A stretch of DNA of 64,000 nucleotides from Tubiluchus corallicola (Eukaryota; Animalia; Priapulida): assembly GCA_030141605.1 (NCBI GenBank), contig JAQGDQ010000942.1, forward strand, positions 1-64,000. The letters are read 5' to 3'. Within the stretch, counting starts at the first letter, position 1; each line of letters starts with the position of its first letter. Below the pieces are notes generated by a model. The model was not told the DNA's origin and did no database searches. It worked only from the letters and a program-made list of their open reading frames with translations. Made by a program: the position numbers and the translations under genes. Below are positions 1 through 10,100 of this stretch, piece by piece.

Positions 1-444
1 ATCCAATGTCTTCTTTATAATCTTATTTTCCCATGACACCATCTTGCTTTTTATTAAATCTTGTTGGATAGCTTGTCTTCATACTTCATGCTACCAAATT
101 TTATCCTAAATGTGTAACACATTCTATACCAATTAGACTACACATTAGGAAAAAAACTTAGGAAAACTCTAACAGAGTAACGCAAAATGCAAAAAGATTT
201 GCAAAGCTTGCGCGAAAAATTACTGCTGAAGTAAATACACTGGCTATCAAATACACTGAGTTGTTTACGCACATTTTACACAAACTATTTTATTTCCGTT
301 TTCTTTTATCAAAATTGCACAAAGCAACCTCCGGTGAAATTTGCACGAAAAATTAATTGCAAATTTTATAATTTTAATGTATATGCATTCGGTTCTTCCC
401 AGTAAAAAAGCAGAGTGGTAGCGCGTGGGCACATACTTAAGTAC
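1..444 (-). repeat. Left arm of inverted duplication (partner 1760-2169), runs off the window edge
   Basis: 1-444 is the reverse complement of 1760-2169 (atccaatgt... vs ...acattggat; ...gtgggcacatacttaagtac vs gtacttaagtatgtgcccac...), with scattered substitutions and one ~30-bp indel. Confidence 0.95.
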
Positions 445-1062
445 CACTTCTTGTTTTCAATTCTGTCTGGAGTTAAAAGAAAAGCGACTATCTAAAACCT
501 TCTACAGTCAGAACAAACGAGTTTGTAATTTAAAAATTACAAATCATTAGTGACTGGGCGATAATACCCTGCACCATGAAAAATATTAGACTAATAGTGA
601 ACTCAGTTTGCGGGATTAGAGGGCTACTGCCATACTTCATGTATGAACAAATTCAATAATTTGTTAATATTTTAACACTAGATAAGTCATTTGTTCGCCT
701 TGCCAGAATAATAATTGAATCTATAGACGAGGATAAGTTTATAAACTCGCTGCACTCATACCCGAATAATGCCAAATCCTCACTTATTGTATGACACAAT
801 TTTTGTAACAGATCTAGGAATCATACTAAAAAATTCTTGATTGACAATCGTAGATCTTTGTTTTTATTGCAGGTTACAAGATCAGTCACATTTAATTCAC
901 TGAGCATGTTGCTTCATACTTTCCTATAAGACCATAACGAATGGCACAGTGAGAATGTAATATAGTTCAGTAGTGGGTCTCTGACACTCTACGGGTTCCT
1001 AATTTGTTTTAAATGTTCTTCACTTTTTTTTAAATTGCCTTAATTTGTTAATATTTTTTAGA

Positions 1063-1755
1063 AAACATTTGTCCTCTTGCAAGTTCTCTGTTCTTTTGGA
1101 TGTCTTATCTCTTTTAGGAAGTCTTCTAGGAAGACCTTTCGCTTCTAGGAAGTACTCTGGGAAGTGTTCTGACATCTTGGAAGTCTTCTGCCCTCTTGGA
1201 AGTATTGTGTCCTCTACGAAGTCCTTTGGGAAGACCTTTGTCTTTTTGGAAATCTTGTGTCCTCTGGGATTTCATCTCAGAAGTCCTCTGTCCTCTTGGA
1301 AGCCTTCTGTCCTTCGAGGAAGTCCACTAGGAAAACCTTTGTGTTCTAGGAATCCTCAGTTGCTGAGGAAGTCCTCTAGTAGGTCTTCTGTCTTCAAAGA
1401 AGTCATCTGTCCTATCCAAAGTGTTCAATCATCTAGGAAGAACTTCAATCTTCTAGGAAGTCATCTGTCTTTTAGAAAGTTCTCTGTTCTTTTGGAGAAC
1501 CTCTGTAATCGTGGAAGTCCTCTGTCCTCCTCGAAGTCCTCTGTCGTTTTGGATGTCATCTGTCACCTGGGAAGTTATCTGTCATTCTGGAAGTCCTCTG
1601 TCCTATTTGAAGTCTTCTATCCTCTAGGTAGTCCTCTAGGAAGATATTTGCCTTCTAGGAAGTATCTGTTCTTTTGGAAGTCCTATGTCCTCTTGCAAGT
1701 GATCTGTAATCTTGGAAGACTTCTGACCTACTGGAAGTCTTCTATGCTCTAGGAA
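1063..1755 (+). repeat. Degenerate GGAAGTCCTCTGTCCTCTT-type satellite
   Basis: Dozens of variants of ggaagtc(c/t)tct(gtcctc)t with ~11- and ~19-bp spacing; ORF 1045-1752 is low-complexity S/L/K/P. Confidence 0.85.
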
Positions 1756-1759
1756 GCAC

Positions 1760-2169
1760 GTACTTAAGTATGTGCCCACGCGCTACCACTCTGCTTTTTT
1801 ACTGGGAATTGCATTTAATTTTTTGTGCAAATAACACCGGAGGTTGCTTTGTGCAATTTTGATAAAAGTAAATGGAAATAAAATAGTTTGTGTAAAATGT
1901 GGGTAAACAACTCAGTGTATTTAATAGCTGGTGTATTTACTTCAGCAGTAATTTTTCGCGCAAGCTTTGCAAATCTATTTGCGTTTTGGGTTACTCTGTT
2001 AGAGTTTTCCTAAGTTTTTTCCTAATGTGTAGTCTAATTGGTATAGAATGTGTTACACGTTCAGGATAAAATTTGGTAGCATGAAGTATGAAGACAAGCT
2101 ATCCAACAAGATTTAATAAAAAGCAAGATGGTGTCATGGGAAAATAAGATTATAAAGAAGACATTGGAT
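1760..2169 (+). repeat. Right arm of inverted duplication; upstream region of the GT31-like gene
   Basis: Reverse complement of 1-444; ends ~100 bp before ATG 2266. Confidence 0.95.
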
Positions 2170-2265
2170 AAAAGAGTATGACCAGTGTACAAAAATACGA
2201 GTTTGCAAGGCTATGTTGTTTATAACTGAGTTTTAATTAACATAAATACGCTGAAGGAGCTAAAG

Positions 2266-2761
2266 ATGTTCAACTTTATTCAACTACATAAGAAAAATTG
2301 GGAACAATTCAGGCTATCGCAAGCTACCCGCATATGTTTTCTACGTTTGTTATTAATTTTCGCTACTTGTCTCTCTATTTACAAGTTTGCGAGTTCATAT
2401 CACAAGCACACGTCAACAGTTAAAAAAGGTATCATGGCACTGAAAACGAGTAATTGCTCCGAATACCATATTATAAAAAAACACAGGAAAGAAATGCTGT
2501 TGTTTGTTGGCATCGTAAGTGCACCTATTCGCAGGGAACGACGGGATGCAATCCGATTGACGTGGATGAAATGGTGTCACAGTTTTGACGATGTCATCTG
2601 CAAGTTCTTTACTGACGAACAGGATCACTTCGGACGCCGATTAAGGGATGAATTGCTTAATCCCTTGATTACTGAAGCCATGTTACACTGTGCTAGCCGA
2701 GACACCAGGTGGATACATCTTCGGTAGGTGGCTCGCATGGATTAACGTCCACTCCAGATGA
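2266..2761 (+). pseudogene. GT31 beta-1,3-galactosyltransferase-like type II membrane protein, frameshifted and truncated
   Basis: TM segment ICFLRLLLIFATCLSIY; GT31 motif LLFVGIVSAPIRRERRDAIRLTW and CKFFTD; after ~2690 a plausible continuation is in another frame (VLAETPGGYIFGRWLAW) and stops at 2761 before any DxD motif. Confidence 0.8.
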
Positions 2762-3324
2762 CGAGAAATCCTTCCAAAAAGCATCATTCATCTTTCTTGG
2801 ATCTTTTTACTGTCTTGCAGTAGCCTAGTAACGTCTTTTGTGGAAGTCTTCCTGTAAGAACAACACTTTCCTTTCGTCTTGGGTGATAAGATGCCATTGT
2901 TTGGGCCAGCTTTAAAAGGCACGAAACGGTATACTAATTTACACACAGAGATCCTAACAATTTTGGGCTGATGTTTTGACGTGTGCTCGTGTAAAGTCAG
3001 AATTTTAGTCCGTTTGCATGGAGTGATATCCATTTTGACATTTCTAGCACAAAGGGTGAAAAACAAATGGTAAACAATACACTCATTCCATTCATATGAT
3101 GAAGTAATGAAGCTGATGAAATAGAGCATCATCTTCTAAAATTCGGGTGCAAGTGTACTAAAACTCAGGTAAAACAATCAAAATCAACTGCAAATACACT
3201 TTTACTATTATTTTCTTACAGAAAAACGGTAACATTTAGCCAAAGAAAAGTCTATGTCATTAAATGCTCTTTTGGGGTAAAATCAGTTTTGATGCAATTA
3301 ATTTGCACAGAACTTCTTTGAGAA

Positions 3325-3612
3325 TAGAGGACCTGTTGGAGGACTTCCTAGATGCCAGAGGACTTGCGAGAGGACAGTGGACTTCCAAGAGGACTAAGGT
3401 CTTCCTAGATGACTTCCCAGAAGACAGAAGATTTCCAAGAAGGCAAATGTATTCCTAGATGACTTCCTGGAGGACAGAAGACTTCCAAAAGGGCAGAGGA
3501 CTTCCAGGAGGACAGAAGACTTCCTTGAGGACTTCACAGAGGACTTCTTAGAAGACAGATTACTTCAAAGAAGACAGAATACCTCCAGGAGGACAGAGGA
3601 CTCCTAAGAGAC
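3325..3612 (-). repeat. Inverted copy of the GGAAGTCCTCTGTCC satellite
   Basis: Repeats of aggacagaagacttcc / gaggacttcc, the reverse complement of the 1063-1755 unit. Confidence 0.85.
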
Positions 3613-3613
3613 T

Positions 3614-4251
3614 TTGTTTACTCATACCTGTCCGAACCCGGGCACTGCTCGAGTAACGCTGACGGAAGAAAGGATTACCCGGCCGAAATTGATTAAAATT
3701 TCAAATGGTTGCAAGGTACATTCTCGATCATTCGAGTTGCCAAAATATTATTATCGTAACTCTCAAATTATGATAGAGGCTGAGATACCAATGCCAAAGA
3801 TGAATGAACGGTTCTATAAAGAATTAAGCGACATGCAAAATGTAACCCTGGGGAAAGTTGATTTGATTCCCGAATATGTGAAGCCACCAGCCCAAAAAAC
3901 ATGGGACCAGTTTGACATATCTCTAGAAGATTTGAAATCTTCTATACAAGAGAATGGTGAGAGATTAAAACACCAGAAAATTTAGCTGGCAGAGTTGGAA
4001 TAATTTGTGATTTGAAACGTCGAAGGGGTCTGTTTGTACTGACATCCATGTTACTTCGATGGAGAACTGAGTATTCTGCTCCCATGACCGAAAGGGGATC
4101 TTCCAGTAGTGGGCGGAAATGCTTACCGGAAATATCCTCTGACATACAAGTAAAGAGGGCCACGACTAAAAGAGCCAAGCGGGCAGAGGAAGACCCACCA
4201 GCAATAGAGTTGAGAGAAAGAACTCAAATACCCGCACGAGTAGTAGTCTAG
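3614..4251 (+). mobile_element. Remnant of an env-like (class I fusion / baculovirus-F-like) ORF3 of an LTR retroelement
   Basis: FTHTCP...LIKISNGCKVHSRSFELPKYY resembles the C-terminal Cys pattern of invertebrate Gypsy env proteins; a shifted frame gives LAGRVGIICDLKRRRG (eroded TM end plus basic stop-transfer) and a tail; lies just upstream of a PPT and LTR. Confidence 0.6.
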
Positions 4252-4623
4252 GAGAAAAGAGTCCACGAAGTATAACAAAATAATTGGCCATAATGACAGA
4301 AATTAAAATATATGTATATATATATAATGGATCCACATAGAGAAAGCAAAAGTGAAAAACACCGACAAGCCAGAATGGAGGGATCATAGACCCCGGTCCA
4401 AGATACCATTAGCAGCCAAATGGATAATGGTCAATGGTATCCCGCCGCCGGACTCTCTAAGATGAAGAATGTCCCGTATTGTGTTATTGTAACATGTGCA
4501 TTATGTAAAGAGACTTGTATTGTAATGGTAGATATAGTATTATTAAAGAAAGTCGAGAATAGAAATGAGCTTTTAAAGGGAAACATTAAATCCGAGGGAA
4601 ATCTGAGATGAGTTTTAGGGGAG

Positions 4624-5794
4624 TGTGAAATTGTAATGTAATTCGAAGCTCGTTAGCAAGGTCCACAGGCAATGACGAGGATGGCACTGGTCAGCCTAAC
4701 TATTTAACAGGTATTACTCTATTGTTCTTAATTGAGAGGAATGTTGTCAGAACTCGACCATGTGGACGAAGAGACAAACTCCGGGTAATTTAATAAACGC
4801 TAATGAGGGCAGAAAGCAGGGCCATGAATTTTGGAACAGTGACAGTGTAGGACGCTGTCCTACAAGCAGTAAAAAGTATTGAGGCGCTTAAAGTTGAGAT
4901 GCCCAGATGATCAGGGTGACGAAGTGCTCAGAAGTCAGAATGCTCTGATAACCAGCCATAAGGGTGTATCTTGTCACATAACCGAGAGGCATTGATAAGG
5001 GGGGTACGACGAGAAATCAGGGCTGTTGGCTTGATTTTTGGTCGATGTCAGGAAGGTCACACTGTGTGGACTTTCAGCCAGGAACTCTGAAGGCAGGAGT
5101 TATCGTTTCTTTTTGCTCAGCGTGACTTCAGTGGTGTCACTGGATTGAACCAACTTCTGAAGCTCTGAACGGCACGTATTAGGAACAGGACTGGGCCAAT
5201 TATAAGGACTTGGAAATTAGCCAGTCTCAGAGTTAAGTGATCTTATATATTCTATACTGGGTAATAAAAACCTTGTACTTAACCGTTGAAGGCTGTATAT
5301 TGTTAATTAAAGGAACAGCAGTCACTAAATTATTTGTGAACTTGTTGAAGTCCTACTGATGCACTGTAGTTGTAAAAATTCCGTTGGTTGAATGTAAACT
5401 CAATTTGTGAATCTATTTAAATTGCTATGTTCAAAACCATCAGTTTTGCAAACCTGTTTAACTAATAAACCGTATATACTACTGTTAATATTGCATTTAC
5501 ATTGATTTGTACCGACGAAGATTACTTTGAAGTTTTGCAAACTCTTAAAAACGCTATCTGTTGCACGAACCTAACACGGACCATATTCACACTGAAGCTA
5601 CTTATTGCGGAGCTCAGCTATTAAACTAGGGAGATTCAGATTTTCTACACAACCCGTATTTTGTAGTCTGAGGTCGCTCTGATATTCGTCATAGCCATTC
5701 CAACCCAGCCGAAGCTCCAGTAGTCGGGGAACTAATTAAATAATTAATTGCCTAATTAACGCTTGTATTACCATTATAAAAAGATTGGGTAAAA
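4624..5794 (+). mobile_element. 3' LTR (~1.17 kb) of the env-bearing element
   Basis: Purine tract ttttaggggag immediately before TGTGAAAT; AATAAA near 5464; the 3' part is collinear with 18045-18297 (acgctatc..cacgaa..tgaagc..cttattgc..aactagggaga..gaagctcc.gtagtc). Confidence 0.75.
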
Positions 5795-6379
5795 TATGAG
5801 GTAACTGACAAAAATGTTAGTAGGGTGTCGTATTTTGTAGAGCAGCCACCACACTGTGATCTATCGAGAATAAGCCTTTCACTGGAAGATTTGTCTGCGC
5901 CCTCGTGCAGCAGATGCCTAATTATTGGGCACAAAGTGCCCTCCTGTTGGAGCGATTTGGCTACATTGGGGATGGACGTCCCCCCTTGGGTCGGCGGAGG
6001 AAATTCTCGGCCAGAGCGACGGGATGCGCTTCCGTAGAATTTAACCAAAAGGGCACATTGGGTTGAAGCTTCCCCTTGGGTCGGTGGAGAAAAATGTTGG
6101 CCGGAGCGACGGGATGAGCTTCCGTAGATTTTGTAGAAAGTGCTCTTTGGGTTGAACATTCGTACTTTCAACCGCCATTATGAACGAAGTACTTAAGCGA
6201 ATTTAAGATACAATACTATAAACAGCCCGCTGTCACTAAAAACAATAAATATAAACGTAGTTGAATGTAATTTAATTGAGGAAATATTTGATAATAAATT
6301 CTTGTTTCATTTTTCTCTGGACGATCTTTTTGCTTTGATTTGGCTTTGCTTTTCCTTTGCAGCACATGCTAAAACAAAG

Positions 6380-6600
6380 CTCGCTTTGATACAAGCCGTT
6401 TTGGCGCTATTTCAGAAAGGAAGAGAACACCCCTTCAACGAATAGTTTGTGTGCAAAGTGTCTGTCAATGTGAACTGATCGCGTAGACAGAGTTCAGTAT
6501 TTTCCAAGAGTATTCCTTTGAAGTACCGTGTGGACAAGGTACAAGCAGAAGCGACTACTAATGTATTTCTTATAGAGCTGAACTAATCTGCACAATTCTA
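6380..6600 (-). mobile_element. Possible decayed Crypton/DUF3504 tyrosine-recombinase fragment
   Basis: Minus-strand pieces in order LVQLYKKYIS, RNTLGK, HTNYSLK, LYQS, echoing DUF3504 motifs (LYKKY..GKNTL..TNHSLR..RLYQ); several frameshifts are needed. Confidence 0.35.
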
Positions 6601-6856
6601 TCACTGTGGCAACATCACACATATAATAGAAGATCAATAGATTTTAAATTGTCGTGTAAACACGGAAAGTAGTTGCACTTCACCTTAAGAGACTAAAATT
6701 TCTTTATGTACCTCTTACCATAGAAAATGACAATAAAATTACGTGGAAATATAGTGAGCAACAGTATTTATTGTATTTGAATATATTCTGGGTCACTAAT
6801 GGTCCATATCGTGAGTGTGATTTTGTGTGAGATAATTTACTTAGACGTTAACAGAG

Positions 6857-7156
6857 ATGCATTACATATTCGCTAAAATGTCTTTAAATAATCACCCATC
6901 AGGTGTCCAGTCATGGCCTAATAAAGTGAAATTTTTCCCTGTTTGTTTGTTCTTTTCCGTGTTACTTCTAATATGTGTATACGTCCACGATGAAGATGAC
7001 GAAAATAAGCATTATTATACTCCTCTGGTTGAAGAATCCTGGAAAAAGAAAAAATCATGCAAGTTTTATGGCGTACCAGTCAATGAATCAACGTTTGAAC
7101 GTATATCAAATCAGTTAGTGCTACCAGTAAAGAATAGAGCAACGCGAGGTATATCG
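6857..7156 (+). CDS. Sulfotransferase exon 1 (cytoplasmic tail, TM, stem)
   Basis: ATG 6857 (or 6878); TM FFPVCLFFSVLLLICVYV; donor TCG|gtaagt, phase 0. Confidence 0.8.
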
Positions 7157-10100
7157 GTAAGTTTTGTCTGCAAATTACATGCTACGCATACAAATTTATT
7201 TGCTTTTACATTCCCAATCATGTTTTGTTTGAAACAACAAAGAACACGGTTTTACTTGTGCAATCTGTATTCTAGTGGTCATTGCTTATCTTATTGTCCC
7301 TGTTAACCAAACAATAACTATAAAGGTTGAAAATCATCCACGTCATTCAGATGGCATCTTAGCAAAACGTTATTTTGAATATAACTGCCTATTCACTCAT
7401 TGCTATTCCTTACTTATCTTCTAACCAAGTATGTTAAAACTACTATATTAATTCAATTTATAATTTATTTTGTTGAAAACTAGAGCATTTAGTTATATAT
7501 ATAGCAGCAGCCGAAAACAAACTGATACTTGCATGAGTTAAATTACTGTTTCCTGCAGTCTGCATTTGCAATTGTTGTTTAATGTCAACTTGCTGATACA
7601 GTTTGCGCTGTTCTAGATTTGGGCAAGTATTGAGAGCTAGTAGATTTTTATGGTGGGGGTGAAACTCTTTACCTCCCAACTCATCCACAAATCTGACTAA
7701 ACCTGTCGCGTCATCTTTTATTCACAATAAAATGGTTGTGCAACATACGTGGGCGGTTGTTGTCCTACAATTTTCCAGAGGGCAACAACGCATATGAACC
7801 AAAAATTCAACGACACAGGTATAATTAATATATCTTTAGAGAGGTTGCAATGTCGAAGGGCTCACTTGAAAAACCAGCGGGTCTAAGGTTTGATGTTATG
7901 TTTTACGGGGGTTTACTTAGGCATTATGGTTTTCCATGTTGACCATGACATACACAGATTTCAAACATTCCAACAATAAAATCTCATATGAAATGGAGGA
8001 AAATATTATTCTTGTGTTTACTATTTTTATTCACTTTTTACTCTGTTTAGATAAATTAGAACAGGTTATATTATCATTAACAGTTTCGCATAAAAGCAGT
8101 TAATAATAACAAAAATGACAAAGTGAAAAGAAAACAAAATGTCTACTTATCAGTTAACCCTTCCCCTGAGAGGACAAGGACATAGGAAAGGAGTCTGCGG
8201 ACGTAGCTCACTCCAGTCAGTCACAGCAACACATCAACGACTTCAAGTCTATGGCCATAACAATCAACGTTGATGACGTCGGCTGCAGCACCAATCAAAC
8301 ATGAACTAAGGAATGGCTCACAAGTCTCTGTGTTTGACTCAGGATACGTCCACAATCCACAACGTTTGGACACTGGTGGCTAGTCACGCCTCTCCCTGTA
8401 GTTTAGAATAAGACACATCGTAGAGAGTTCCAACATCTCATCAAACATCAAAACTGAAGTAGTTTGGTATCACCACTGATAGTCTCTTCATGTTAGACTG
8501 TGATGCCGGGTTTTACTTGTTGGTTTTCTTGTTCTTTATTTAAACCAGATATACTTCAACAATTCCCAAACTGGTACTCCTAGCCGAGCGGTGAGGTAGT
8601 TGTACACAGATGTTAGTAGTTTAGAAACTGAATGAGTTTCTCATAGGTACCTCTATGGGGCGTACCTTGAGACAAAAGATGTGGGTTCGAATCACGAGTG
8701 GGATCTTAAGTGTCGGTCTTGAGTTGCTGTTATTGTGTTTAGCTAACAAAGTGTGAACTATTCATAATATTTTTACTATTCAAATACTTTTTAAACGTTC
8801 ACAAAGAAACGCACTCCAAGATACATATTTTGTGTATCAAGAACTATCAAAATTTTAATGAATAAATTTGTCAAAATCAATCAGAGTGCTGCACCCCCTT
8901 TTGGTTTAAAATTAAAAGTACTTTCAAAGGCAGTCTCTTAGACAACAAGATTATACTTAATCACTAGAGCGTACCTGTTTTTCAATAAAGCATACCTAAA
9001 TCATGTTATACTTTAAACAACAAACCTTTAAATTGTTGCAAAACTTCTTAGACATAATGTTGTTTACTAGACATGGAAGAAAAATAAATACAAGGCAAAA
9101 CCCAACTAAGGATAAACAAATCAAGATTCTAATACACTAGGTACTCACTAATTACCCTTTCCCTGGGAGGTGCACCGAAAAACCTGTCCACGCTGATATG
9201 GTTCACTGTACATTAACGTCTTGGCATGCCACATAATCACTGGTGACGTCATTGGAAACGAAGTCTGCACTGTCCAGTAGATAAGGTAGGTGACATCGAG
9301 AATGGTTTAACTTCCTCAGAGGTAGGTGAGGTGACATCGAGAATGGTTTAGCTTCCTCAGAGGCTGGCGTCAGGTAAATTTATGCGGTGATATTCAGTCC
9401 AACCTTCCACATGAACAGTAGTAACTCCATAACGGCTTTAGCAAATTGTCCCAAGTATCCATTTGGCTGTAAACTCCGATAGTGCACAAAATGTATCACA
9501 ACGTATCTAGACTGCTCGAAAACGTTGCTGTCCTTTAACTGTAATCACAGCTATAAAAAAAGGCTAAATCCCAAACTGCAACAAATTACATAGTCCGCAG
9601 GTAACACGTACAGAGCAAACGTCTTTACTTCATAGCTATAAACGTGCCGACTGAAGCCATCGAAATAAAACTAGGACGACAACCTGGTTTCCAACTTATG
9701 CATTTGTTGAAGGACAGGTGTGTGGCTTTCCCCACCCCGCAGTACTTACAGTACCTATTCATAATACTAACTAAACATTCACCTATAGTAGACTGTTCAT
9801 AACATAGACCAGTCAAATACCAGATGTGCACCAGTTTAGTGCTTCAGAGACTCTTATAACCAGGTTTAGGATTTTTAACCATTTTATAAAGACTTTTATA
9901 AGACTTTGTTTTGTCTATACTTAAAGTTAATCAAATAGTTGTTTTATATAAATTGCAAAGCCATAAGCTGAACTAAACTGCGTATTTTCTTGATTGCAAA
10001 ATGATTTAATCAGCAACTAATAGATGTAAGCGTTATGCATTTCTTTCCTACAAACGAAACTAGAATATATATTTTACTAATTCACTTGCAATTTCAACTG

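Noticed and set aside
1045-1752. 235-aa ORF
   Set aside because: Translation of a degenerate satellite; non-ATG start, low complexity
2788-3160. 114-aa minus ORF and an ILEDDAL peptide in another frame
   Set aside because: No further motifs; the peptide is bounded by stops; cannot be supported as a GT exon
7157-7306. C-terminal part of ORF 6857-7306
   Set aside because: Read-through past the GTAAGT donor into intron 1
8575-8705. tRNA gene
   Set aside because: A/B boxes present but no convincing cloverleaf or anticodon arm; part of a dispersed repeat
9284-9363. ~41-bp tandem duplication (similar 36-bp one at 16406-16477)
   Set aside because: Two-copy slippage duplications inside TE debris
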